DNA of 64,000 nt from Candidatus Omnitrophota bacterium. GTDB taxonomy: Bacteria; Omnitrophota; Gorgyraeia; Zapsychrales; Zapsychraceae. Location of the stretch: NCBI GenBank assembly GCA_035292445.1, contig DATDQB010000013.1:7884-71883 (forward strand). The letters are read 5' to 3'. This document shows positions 27,313 to 35,410 of the stretch, one piece after another. Every line of letters begins with the position of its first letter. Positions within the stretch are counted from its first letter, which is position 1. The position numbers were made by a program, and so were the translations under genes. The notes beneath the pieces are model-generated. The model was not told the origin of the DNA. It saw only the letters and a program-made list of their open reading frames with translations, and made no database searches.

Positions 27313-27957
27313 TTAATAATAATTTTCGCCGTGCTTGATCACGTCCCGCCCCCGCTGTTGGCGTTTGGTATTTTCTGCGAACATCGAGAACATGCAGCCG
27401 CAATATTCCTGCTTATAGAATTTTTCCCTTTTCGAAACCTCATACATCATCAGCGAACCGCTGTTCTTGCGCCAGTCGTGCCCCCAGAAGGTCAATCCGG
27501 GATATTTGGCGGCGACCGCCTCCCCGCAGGCGTTGACCTGGTCCATATTCTTCCAGCGGGCAATGCCGCAGCTGGTCGCGAATACCTTGAAATGATGTTC
27601 GTGGGCATAGAGGGCCGTGAGCTCGAGGCGCATATCGAAGCACATCGCGCAGCGAAGCCCCCGCTCGGGCGCTTTTTCAAGGCCCCTGATCCGCTTCAGC
27701 CACTCCTGCGGATCGTAACCGGCGTCCACGAACGGGACATTCTTTTTTTTCGCGTAACGGATGACGTGCCCTTTTCTCAGCTCATACTCCTCTTGGGGAT
27801 GGACATTCGGATTGTAAAACAAGAGCGTGAGATCGATCCCGGAATAAAGGAGTGTGTCGATGATATAGCCCGAACAGGGCGCGCAGCAGCAGTGCACCAG
27901 CACCTTCTTTTCCCCGTTGGGGGGAGTTAATTTAACGAGCCTGTTGTTGTTCGGCAA
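27313..27957 (-). CDS. queH: Epoxyqueuosine reductase QueH (DUF208)
   Basis: HCCCAPCS, FYNPNVHP..EY, PERG.RC..CF..RL, YKQEYCGC; TTG start with GGAGG RBS. Confidence 0.93.
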   Translation of the reverse strand: MPNNNRLVKLTPPNGEKKVLVHCCCAPCSGYIIDTLLYSGIDLTLLFYNPNVHPQEEYELRKGHVIRYAKKKNVPFVDAGYDPQEWLKRIRGLEKAPERGLRCAMCFDMRLELTALYAHEHHFKVFATSCGIARWKNMDQVNACGEAVAAKYPGLTFWGHDWRKNSGSLMMYEVSKREKFYKQEYCGCMFSMFAENTKRQQRGRDVIKHGENYY

Positions 27958-28002
27958 TACGACGGCCTCCCAGGATTTGACGTTGTTTTTTTATTATAAA
28001 TC

Positions 28003-28040
28003 TAAAAAGATAAAAGATAAAAGATAAAAGATAAAAAGAT
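28003..28040. repeat. Heptamer tandem repeat (TAAAAGA)n upstream of queH
   Basis: TAAAAAGA-(TAAAAGA)x3-TAAAAAGA. Confidence 0.85.
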
Positions 28041-28075
28041 GGGTGATAGGCGCCGTTTTGGGGATGCTCCAAGAA

Positions 28076-28170
28076 AAGAAGGTGCCAGGTAATTTCCCCG
28101 AGGCTACCTGCAGCGAACGCAGTGAGCAGCCCCGCCAAATGCCGTTTTGCGGGGTCCACTTCTCCCTTCT
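28076..28170. repeat. Double stem-loop element sharing a motif with the lolC/E element
   Basis: CAGGTA..TACCTG and CCCCGC..GCGGGG hairpins flank CGAACGCAGTGAGC, whose reverse complement matches 1809-1822 at 13/14. Confidence 0.6.
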
Positions 28171-28180
28171 CCATTTATTT

Positions 28181-28510
28181 TTAGACGGCGACTGGAATGT
28201 TGCCGTACTTTTTGGCCGCCTTATCGATCGCCGCACCACCCTTGGCCAGATCGGCAAGGACCATCGCCGGGTGGATCTCCACGCTGGCGTTGAAGGCCAG
28301 AAACCAGGGCTCTACCGTCGCGGGGATCTGCGATTCCTCCGCCAGATTCAGGACAATGATCCCGGTGCGCCGTCCGTTCATCTCGATAAAATAGGCCGCC
28401 TCGGGCTTTTGCTCATCCAGAATTGTTTTGATGGTCCCGCCCAAGAGGCCACCACTGGCCAATGTGTTGGCTTTTTCTGTGGGTAATTCGATCTTCAGTA
28501 GTACTCTCAT
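28181..28510 (-). CDS. Conserved small hypothetical protein (DUF3303/GYD-like, tentative)
   Basis: KPEAAYF...G.RTG..V......QIP...EPWF..FNA.VE..PAM pattern; AGGAGG RBS. Confidence 0.7.
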   Translation of the reverse strand: MRVLLKIELPTEKANTLASGGLLGGTIKTILDEQKPEAAYFIEMNGRRTGIIVLNLAEESQIPATVEPWFLAFNASVEIHPAMVLADLAKGGAAIDKAAKKYGNIPVAV

Positions 28511-28571
28511 TGTATTCCTCCTATTCTGCTGTTATACCGCTTCCTATCAATGAAAATGAAGAATGAACGAT

Positions 28572-28678
28572 GAAGGGGACAAGATGAAGGGGACAGGACG
28601 CTCCCAAGGGACACCTCAATCAACTGCCCTGTCCCTTAACGGTGTCCTGTCCCCTTCTCTTTTCTCTTTGTCCCCTTC
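28572..28678. repeat. Nested palindromic element (right copy, inverted relative to 27209-27291)
   Basis: GAAGGGGACA twice on the left and TGTCCCCTTC twice on the right; inner AAGGGACA/TGTCCCTT; bordered by AATGAA-like and TTCTCTT-like tracts. Confidence 0.85.
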
Positions 28679-28726
28679 TCTCTTCTCTTTTCTCTTGACC
28701 CCACCTAAAATAAAAATAACAATATT

Positions 28727-28754
28727 GTACGGGCACAGCGCGCTGTGCCCCTAC
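28727..28754 (-). repeat. GTAG-type REP palindrome overlapping the stop codon of the upstream gene
   Basis: Minus strand GTAGGGGCACAGCGCGCTGTGCCCGTAC, a near-perfect hairpin beginning with GTAG. Confidence 0.75.
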
Positions 28755-29266
28755 TTCTTATACAGCCCTATCATCTCCGCCTGCGCGAGGATGTGGCCTT
28801 TCATGGCCGTCTCCACTTTTGCCTTTGTCGCACCTTCGGGTAAATTCAGCTTCACATCAAGCGCGTACACTTTGAAAAAATAACGGTGCGTGCCGCTGGG
28901 TGGGCACGGACCGCCGTAGTCGTTACGTCCCCAGCTGTTTTTTCCCTGCGTGCCGGGAGTAGAATCCTCGGCGATCGAAGCCGTGGGCGCGATATCATAA
29001 ACGATCCAATGGTCCCACGTGCCACCGGGCGCATCTGGATCATCATTGATCAAAACTAGCGTGACAGTTCCTTTTGGCAGATCTTCGATCGTTAGGATGG
29101 GATTGATGTCATCCCCCTGGCAGGTGAACTTTTTAGGGATCGACTGGTTATGCGAAAACGCGGGACTTGTAACTTTCATCGGCGCCACCTCCTGTGCGGC
29201 AACACTCACGGCAAAACCTAATAGGCAGGAAAAAAATACAACTGATCTTAAGAAAGAATCGTGCAT
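28751..29266 (-). CDS. YbhB/YbcL family (PEBP/Raf kinase inhibitor-like) exported protein
   Basis: DDPDAP, WDHW, YGGPCPP.GTHRYFF.VYALD; signal peptide. Confidence 0.92.
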   Translation of the reverse strand: MHDSFLRSVVFFSCLLGFAVSVAAQEVAPMKVTSPAFSHNQSIPKKFTCQGDDINPILTIEDLPKGTVTLVLINDDPDAPGGTWDHWIVYDIAPTASIAEDSTPGTQGKNSWGRNDYGGPCPPSGTHRYFFKVYALDVKLNLPEGATKAKVETAMKGHILAQAEMIGLYKK

Positions 29267-29325
29267 CGGGCCCCTTATCAATTACCGCTTATTTTAACGG
29301 CGGAAGTAGGATTTGAGAAGGGAAA

Positions 29326-30072
29326 TTATGGGCTAAAACGAAACCTTTTGTAGCGCCTTTCCCGATTAAGGAAATTGAGCGGGCAGGATGAGCAACGGGC
29401 TTTGGGCTTGCAGAAGTCCTTTCCCAACCGCACGATGAGAGCGTGGTATTCGTTAAAAGTTTTGACATTGGGCTTTAGCGCTTTGCTAAAGAGCTCCTGG
29501 ACTTGATGGTACGTGTCATTTGCGCTACAAAGATGGTGCCTGGAAAAGATCCGTTTGGTGTAGGCGTCAACGACAAAAGTTGGCTTATCCAGCGCGTAGA
29601 GTAGGATCGAATCCGCTGTCTCGGGCCCGATCCCGTTCACCGAAAGAAGCTTGGGGCGCAATACGGTAAGCTCATCTTTTTTCATGCGTCGGATGTCACC
29701 TTTATATTCTTTAAAAAGGAACCGGACAAAATTCTTAAGCCTTCTCGCCTTTACATTAAAATAACCGGCGGGTTTGATGAGGGAAGCGAGTTTCTTATAG
29801 GAGATACGTTTAACTGCGGCGGGTGTGCATATGCCTTGCCTTTTTAAATTCGCGATCGCCTTCTCGACATTGCCCCAGTTGGTGTTCTGGGTGAGAATGG
29901 CGCCGACCATGACCTCAATGGGATCAGCCGGCCGCCCACGAGCCGTTTTCCTGATGGGGCGAGCCTCGCCACCACGCTTCAGCGGGGTGGCGGGCCACCA
30001 ATGCTGGGGGCCGAATGATCCGTGCAGCCTCTTATATATAAGAGAAAGGATCGCCTTCTTTGGAGCTACCAT
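29326..30072 (-). CDS. Endonuclease III-like HhH-GPD DNA glycosylase with an in-frame palindromic insert
   Basis: GPQHWWP..EVMVGAILTQNT, LLSVNGIGPETADSILLY, VVDAY, C-terminal C..C..CPL Fe-S-like motif. Confidence 0.92.
   Translation of the reverse strand: MVAPKKAILSLIYKRLHGSFGPQHWWPATPLKRGGEARPIRKTARGRPADPIEVMVGAILTQNTNWGNVEKAIANLKRQGICTPAAVKRISYKKLASLIKPAGYFNVKARRLKNFVRFLFKEYKGDIRRMKKDELTVLRPKLLSVNGIGPETADSILLYALDKPTFVVDAYTKRIFSRHHLCSANDTYHQVQELFSKALKPNVKTFNEYHALIVRLGKDFCKPKARCSSCPLNFLNRERRYKRFRFSP
29932..29994 (-). repeat. In-frame double stem-loop insertion (~20-21 codons)
   Basis: Encodes PATPLKRGGEARPIRKTARGR between WW and PADPIEV; hairpins CGCCACC..GGTGGCG and CGCCC..GGGCG. Confidence 0.75.
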
Positions 30073-30212
30073 GCCCTCTTCCCGCGCGTTTTCATGCGGG
30101 CGAACTCTTCGAAATTGAAATCGTCCTTATCTTTCTTGGCGGATTGTTGGGCGCCGGCTTCGAACTGGCGCGGATTGAATTTAACCCGGGGTTTCTTGCC
30201 TGATTTGCTCAT
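30066..30212 (-). CDS. Small basic hypothetical protein (48 aa)
   Basis: MSKSGKKPRVKFNPRQFEAGAQQSAKKDKDDFNFEEFARMKTRGKRAW; GAGGTG RBS; fills the gap and overlaps both neighbours. Confidence 0.65.
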   Translation of the reverse strand: MSKSGKKPRVKFNPRQFEAGAQQSAKKDKDDFNFEEFARMKTRGKRAW

Positions 30213-30606
30213 TTTGCACCTCTTCCTTGGCTTGGACGTAATCCCAATTTTTTAGATTGCCTTCGGTGTCAAAATACAAATAGACCTTATCGGAGCCGAA
30301 AAACTTGGTGGCGTAACGGTACAACCAGACTTGAAGGGCGGAACCGTCCTTATCTTGCTGGTCGATCAGGATCGGATCGCCGAATTTCTTGCGGACGCTG
30401 CGTTGTGTTTTGTACTGGCTGATCTCGCCGGATTTGACAATGGAAACCAATTCATCGAATTTTTTATTAACGGCTTCCACTTCCTTGGACATGGCCGCCT
30501 GCTCATCGGAAACCGCTTTTAAGGTCAGTAACTGGTCCATGTGCTGCACCTTGGCGCAGCCGCAGAGTAAGATGAAAACTAAAGGTAGGATCGATCTCTT
30601 ATTCAT
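30181..30606 (-). CDS. Lipoprotein with a possible BamE/SmpA-like C-terminal domain
   Basis: MNKRSILPLVFILLCGC lipobox; V..KFGDP..WLY..YLYFD..G.L pattern. Confidence 0.65.
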   Translation of the reverse strand: MNKRSILPLVFILLCGCAKVQHMDQLLTLKAVSDEQAAMSKEVEAVNKKFDELVSIVKSGEISQYKTQRSVRKKFGDPILIDQQDKDGSALQVWLYRYATKFFGSDKVYLYFDTEGNLKNWDYVQAKEEVQNEQIRQETPG

Positions 30607-30643
30607 TTCAATAAATTCATTGTAGCACAAAATCCCAAACGGG

Positions 30644-32596
30644 CTAACGGCTGATTCTGATTTTCTCTTCTTCCAATTGCTTGATGGTGCTTTCGATCTC
30701 CCTTTGCCGGCGCTGGATCTCTTTGAGCCGCTGGCCATATTCTTTAAGCGTTGTTTCATCGCGTTTGTCAAAAGATTGGGACAAATGGCGGGACTTCACA
30801 TAGCTTTCCATTTCCAGGTCCTTGAATTCCTTTTGAAGAAGGATGATCTCTTTCTTGATGTGCTCTTTGCGCTTGAGGGCCTGTTTGTGCTTTTGATGGA
30901 GCTCATCGTGCGCCTCGCTGGCCTTGGATGCGCCGCCGTCTTTTTTCGCGGAATGCTTCCCCGCGGAAGCCGCTTCTTTGGCAAGGCCCTTCTTTTCTTT
31001 CATGGCCGCGTCTTCCTTGCCCTGCTTTTTCTCCAAATAATAATCAAGCCCTCCCAAATACGTGGTGAGCTGACCCTGCTGGACATCAACGATACAATTG
31101 GCGATCTCCTTGATGAAGTACAGATCGTGGCTGATAAAACACACCGTGCCTTCGAACTGCTGAAAGGCCTTGGTCAAAGCTTTGATGCCGTCCAAATCCA
31201 AATGGGTTGTCGGCTCATCGAGAAGCATGAAATTCGGCGGGTCGATCAACAATTTCGCCAGGATCAACCGGCTTTTCTCGCCTCCGGAGAGGACCTTTAC
31301 CTGCTTGAATACATCATCCCCGTGAAAATTAAAAAGCCCCAGGAGGCTGCGGGCTCTCACCGCCTGCGTTCCCTGCGGGGCGGAAGCTAGCACTTCCTCA
31401 AAGGCGTTGCGCTCGGGATTCAAGACATCGAGCCGCGCCTGCGAATAATACCCGACATCCACCTGATGGCCGAATTTGATGTCCCCGCTGTCAGGCTTGA
31501 TCGTGCCCGCCAGCATTTTCATGAGCGTTGATTTACCCGCACCGTTGGGCCCGACCAGACAGACCTTCTGCCCGCGGATGATCTCAAAATGCATGTCCTT
31601 ATAGACCTGCTTATCGGCGTAGGATTTGTAGATCTTGTCCATCGTGACCACCTGGTAACCGCTGCGCTTGATATCTGAAAAACCGAAATCCGAAATGGTC
31701 TTGTACTCCTGCGGCAGCTCGATATTCTCCAGCCGCTCGATCATCTTGCGCTTGTTGCGCACCGCTGAGGCGCGGTTCGGCTGGGCGTGGAAGCGCTGGG
31801 CAAAACGCTCGAGCTGTTCCCTTTTTTTTTCGACGACCTTTTGCTTCTTCTCCAGCGTCTTGTTCTCGATCCCCCGCTGGAGCTCAAAGGCTTCATAATT
31901 GCCCTTGACCTTGAACACCCGCTGGTTCTCCAGGACGATCGTGTAATTGGTGACCTCATTCAGGAAAACGCGGTCGTGGGAAATCAGGATAAAAGAACCG
32001 GGGTATGTTTTAAGGAACTCTTTGAGCCAAAGTGTAGCCGGCAGATCCAAATGGTTGGTGGGCTCGTCCAATAAAAGAAGGTCGAACGGGTACACGAGCA
32101 TTTTCGCCAGAAGTGTTCGCATCTGCCAGCCGCCGCTTAGGTCTTTGATCGGCCGGTGGAAATCTTCCGGCTTGAAGCCCAAGCCGGTCAAGATCTTCTC
32201 GGCCTTGTGCTCCAATTCGTAAACGCCCAGATGCTCCATCTCCTCCATGATGTCCCCGTAACGCGGCGAGTCCGCCCTGTGCTCATCTTCGAGTTTGCGC
32301 TTTTCATCCATGATCCGGCGGATATGGTCATCCCCTTCGGTCATCTCTTCCATGACGGTCTTGGACGACTGGTATTTGGCCTCTTGCGGCAAAAACCCGA
32401 TACGAAGGTTTTTCTGGACCGTAACACTTCCCGCTATCGATTCCTGTTCGCCCAATATAATAGAGAAAAGCGTCGTCTTTCCCGAGCCGTTGGGGCCGGT
32501 CAAGCCGATCTTTTCGTTCGGGAAAATGCTCAACGAGACGTCCTTAAAGAGTGTCCGGTTGGTGAAGCCCATGTTCAAATTGTTGATCGTGATCAT
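30644..32596 (-). CDS. ABC-F family ATPase (ribosome-associated)
   Basis: Two NBDs (GPNGSGKTT/LSGGW/DEPTNHLD; GPNGAGKST/LSGGE/DEPTTHLD), no TM segments, C-terminal coiled coil. Confidence 0.95.
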   Translation of the reverse strand: MITINNLNMGFTNRTLFKDVSLSIFPNEKIGLTGPNGSGKTTLFSIILGEQESIAGSVTVQKNLRIGFLPQEAKYQSSKTVMEEMTEGDDHIRRIMDEKRKLEDEHRADSPRYGDIMEEMEHLGVYELEHKAEKILTGLGFKPEDFHRPIKDLSGGWQMRTLLAKMLVYPFDLLLLDEPTNHLDLPATLWLKEFLKTYPGSFILISHDRVFLNEVTNYTIVLENQRVFKVKGNYEAFELQRGIENKTLEKKQKVVEKKREQLERFAQRFHAQPNRASAVRNKRKMIERLENIELPQEYKTISDFGFSDIKRSGYQVVTMDKIYKSYADKQVYKDMHFEIIRGQKVCLVGPNGAGKSTLMKMLAGTIKPDSGDIKFGHQVDVGYYSQARLDVLNPERNAFEEVLASAPQGTQAVRARSLLGLFNFHGDDVFKQVKVLSGGEKSRLILAKLLIDPPNFMLLDEPTTHLDLDGIKALTKAFQQFEGTVCFISHDLYFIKEIANCIVDVQQGQLTTYLGGLDYYLEKKQGKEDAAMKEKKGLAKEAASAGKHSAKKDGGASKASEAHDELHQKHKQALKRKEHIKKEIILLQKEFKDLEMESYVKSRHLSQSFDKRDETTLKEYGQRLKEIQRRQREIESTIKQLEEEKIRISR

Positions 32597-33336
32597 CGCT
32601 TAATGAGTTTCCTTACGGCACTGATCTCCGCCTCGGTCAGATCGCGCCATTTCCCTTTTTCCAAGCTTCCCAATTGCAGCGGCCCCTGCGTGAGCCTCTT
32701 TAAGTAAAGCACTTTATGCCTCACTTTGCCGAACATTAACCTGACCTGGCGCTTGCGGCCTTCATGGATCTCAATGGTCAAATCGCTGCGAAGGGCGGTT
32801 GATGTGAGAAGGCGGATCTTTGCCGGCGCTGTTTTCTTCCCTTCCAGGACGACTCCCTGCTCCAATTGTTCCTTTGTCTTTTCATCCAATGCCCCTTGAA
32901 TAGCCACCTCATACGTCTTTACGATCTCAAAACGCGGGTGCGTAAGATGGAACGTCACATCGCCGTCGTTGGTGAAAAGCAAAAGCCCTTCGGTATTTTT
33001 ATCCAGCCGCCCCACCGGCACCAGGTAGGACAAAGAAGCCGGAAGCAGGTCAAAGACTGTTTTTTCCGCATGCACGTCCTCTTTGGTCGTCACGTAACCG
33101 GCGGGTTTATTTAACATCACATACTTAAACTGCTTGGTCACGACCGGCTTGCCGTCAACGAAGGCCTTATCTTTCAACGGGTCAATGAGCACGGACGGCT
33201 CCCTGATATTCTTGCCATTGACCGACACGCGGCCTTCCTGGATGATCTTCATCGCCTCCCGCCGGGAGCAAACGCCGTTGCGGGAAAGAAAGACCTGCAA
33301 ACGAATCTTACTGGGATCGTTGACGGTTGATCTCAT
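32593..33336 (-). CDS. rRNA pseudouridine synthase RsuA/RluB family
   Basis: S4 domain (RLQVFLS..SRRE), NKP.G, VGRLD, HEGRKRQVR. Confidence 0.93.
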   Translation of the reverse strand: MRSTVNDPSKIRLQVFLSRNGVCSRREAMKIIQEGRVSVNGKNIREPSVLIDPLKDKAFVDGKPVVTKQFKYVMLNKPAGYVTTKEDVHAEKTVFDLLPASLSYLVPVGRLDKNTEGLLLFTNDGDVTFHLTHPRFEIVKTYEVAIQGALDEKTKEQLEQGVVLEGKKTAPAKIRLLTSTALRSDLTIEIHEGRKRQVRLMFGKVRHKVLYLKRLTQGPLQLGSLEKGKWRDLTEAEISAVRKLIKR

Positions 33337-34105
33337 ATAGCACGATAGCGGTTGAGACAGAGACGTTCAAGGAATCGACGCGGCCTTTCATCGGGATACG
33401 AAGCGTTTGCTGCGCCTTGCGCAGCCAGAACGGGCTTAAGCCTTCCCTTTCACTGCCGACGATGAGCGCCAAGGACTTGTTGACGTCAATCTGGGTATAT
33501 AATTTTTTTGCCTGAGGCGAGGTGGCAATGACCTCAACGTTATTTTTCTTAAGGAATTCATACGCTTTGTCGCTCGTTGTCACGGCGACTTTCATGGTAA
33601 AGACCGTGCCCAGGCTGGAGCGGATCGCGTTGGGGTTATGGATATCGGTGGATGGGTCGCAGACGATGACCGCATCAGCCCCGGCGCCGTCGCAGCTGCG
33701 CAGGATCGCCCCTAAATTGCCCGGCTTTTCAACGCGCTCGATCACCACATAAACTGCCTTTTCTTTCTTCGGCATATCATTCAAGCCAAGCTCTGCCACT
33801 TTGGCCAAACATAATAAGCCCTGTTCTCTATCGCCATAAGCGATCTTCTTAAAGACAGGCGCCGATGTTTCATAAATGGGTTTCTTGGCTGAATTCAACC
33901 GGTCCATGATCTTGGCTTTAAGCGGGTCTTGGGACTCACCAAACCAATATAATTCCCGCACATCCACCTTGGCTTCCAACGCCATCCAGATCTCCCGTTC
34001 GCCTTCGATGATGGTCAAATCATCCTGCTTGCGGCTGCGCCGGTCGCGCAGCGCAACGATATGTTTGATCTTAGGATTGGTGACGCTACTGATGATCTCA
34101 GGCAT
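33308..34105 (-). CDS. TrmH/SpoU family RNA 2'-O-methyltransferase
   Basis: EKPGNLGAILRS, GSE..GL, IPM...DSLNVS. Confidence 0.93.
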   Translation of the reverse strand: MPEIISSVTNPKIKHIVALRDRRSRKQDDLTIIEGEREIWMALEAKVDVRELYWFGESQDPLKAKIMDRLNSAKKPIYETSAPVFKKIAYGDREQGLLCLAKVAELGLNDMPKKEKAVYVVIERVEKPGNLGAILRSCDGAGADAVIVCDPSTDIHNPNAIRSSLGTVFTMKVAVTTSDKAYEFLKKNNVEVIATSPQAKKLYTQIDVNKSLALIVGSEREGLSPFWLRKAQQTLRIPMKGRVDSLNVSVSTAIVLYEINRQRSQ

Positions 34106-34908
34106 TAAAGTAAATGATAACCCGTTAAGAACCGTTTTAAGTTATCTTTGAAGATGTCCTCACTGGAAAAAAGGCCTTCGTTATGCGTGCCCGTAAGATC
34201 GACGAATTCTTTCGGCGCCAAGGCCGCCTCATAGAGCTTGCGCCCCAGCGCGTAGGGCACGATCTCATCGTGGGGGCTGTGAAAAAATAGCTTCGGCGTT
34301 TTTATCCGGCCGACCTTATGGAGCGAATCCAATTTAGTGCCGATGATAAAAGACGGGACAAAAGGAACGATCCTTTTGGCCATATCGGCCCCATTGGTGA
34401 AAGAAGAATCAATGATGAGGGCGGCCAACTCCCTCTGTGTCGAAAGATCGATGGCCACGGCTCCACCTAATGAGGCGCCGTAGGCAATGATCTTTTCCGC
34501 GTTGATATCCGTACGTCCCTTGAGATAATCGTAAACCGCGATCGCATCCGCGTATATCCCGGCTTCCGTCGGCGCGCCTTCACTTTTGCCGTAACCGCGG
34601 TAATCAAATATCAGGACATTGACGCCGATCTCATGAAAAATTTCCAACTTGCCCAGCCGGTCCCCGATATTGCCGGCGTTGCCGTGGCAGAAGATCAACG
34701 TGCTCTGCGCCCTTGGCGCCTTGATGAGCCACCCATTCAGGCGAAGGCCGTCATGTGTTGTGAACATCACGTCCTCAAAATCCAATCCGATCCGCGATGG
34801 GTCGGCGAGAACTTCCCTCGCGGGCACGAACAACATCCTATTCTCCAAAAAACGGACATAAAGGACGAACAAAAGGCCAAAGCCGATTAAGTAAAAAAGG
34901 ATCTTCAT
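34105..34908 (-). CDS. Alpha/beta hydrolase (ABHD13/BEM46-like)
   Basis: HGNAGN, DYRGYG.SEG.P.E.G, GASLGG nucleophile elbow, D..VP, HN. Confidence 0.9.
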   Translation of the reverse strand: MKILFYLIGFGLLFVLYVRFLENRMLFVPAREVLADPSRIGLDFEDVMFTTHDGLRLNGWLIKAPRAQSTLIFCHGNAGNIGDRLGKLEIFHEIGVNVLIFDYRGYGKSEGAPTEAGIYADAIAVYDYLKGRTDINAEKIIAYGASLGGAVAIDLSTQRELAALIIDSSFTNGADMAKRIVPFVPSFIIGTKLDSLHKVGRIKTPKLFFHSPHDEIVPYALGRKLYEAALAPKEFVDLTGTHNEGLFSSEDIFKDNLKRFLTGYHLL

Positions 34909-34941
34909 GGGTCCGGACGCTCATTCATCATGGCCCCGCCA

Positions 34942-35361
34942 TTACGCCTCATTCTTGGATTTATGCTGGGGGATCAGTTGCACCATCAGTTGAACGGCCT
35001 TTAACACGTCTTGGATCGTGCAGGGCTTGGTGATATAGTGGTCAGCGTCCAGATCAAATCCTTTCTGGACGTCCTTGAGTTCCTTGCGGGCCGAGATGAT
35101 GATGACAGGGATCCATTTGCGTATTGCGTTCTGCTGGCGCAAAGCCTGCAATACCTCGAAACCGTTCATCCCCGGCATGTTGATGTCCAGCAAGACGACG
35201 TCGGGAAGCTCGCTTTGGATCTTGCGCCACGCGTCTTCCCCGTCAAAGGCGATCACGCTGTCGTAACCGGCTTCGCTGACATGCTTGGCCATCACTTCAA
35301 CGACATCCTGTTCATCATCGGCCATCAAAACTTTTGTCTTCGCCATACAATTCTCCGCCAT
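34942..35361 (-). CDS. Single-domain response regulator
   Basis: ADDE, LLDINMPGMNG, ISA, YITKP. Confidence 0.93.
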   Translation of the reverse strand: MAENCMAKTKVLMADDEQDVVEVMAKHVSEAGYDSVIAFDGEDAWRKIQSELPDVVLLDINMPGMNGFEVLQALRQQNAIRKWIPVIIISARKELKDVQKGFDLDADHYITKPCTIQDVLKAVQLMVQLIPQHKSKNEA

Positions 35362-35410
35362 CAAATGTCAACGATAGTTATCTTATCAGAAGAGCCTTGT
35401 TTTTCAATCT

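Noticed and set aside
27161-27403. 80-aa ORF across the left palindrome (also 28043-28486 and 28563-28883)
   Set aside because: These translate repeat DNA or overlap real genes, with no RBS or family signal.
27958-28180. Possible preQ1 riboswitch upstream of queH
   Set aside because: No preQ1-I/II/III consensus is recognisable; the hairpins look like the dispersed repeat family.
27209-28754. Possible CRISPR array or IS element
   Set aside because: The repeats are inverted and nested rather than regularly spaced direct repeats; there is no cas gene or transposase ORF.
31822-31830. Homopolymer run in the ABC-F gene (and the A-run at the lpxD/lpxC overlap) as phase-variation or frameshift sites
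   Set aside because: Both frames are intact and the runs are ordinary Glu/Lys codons.
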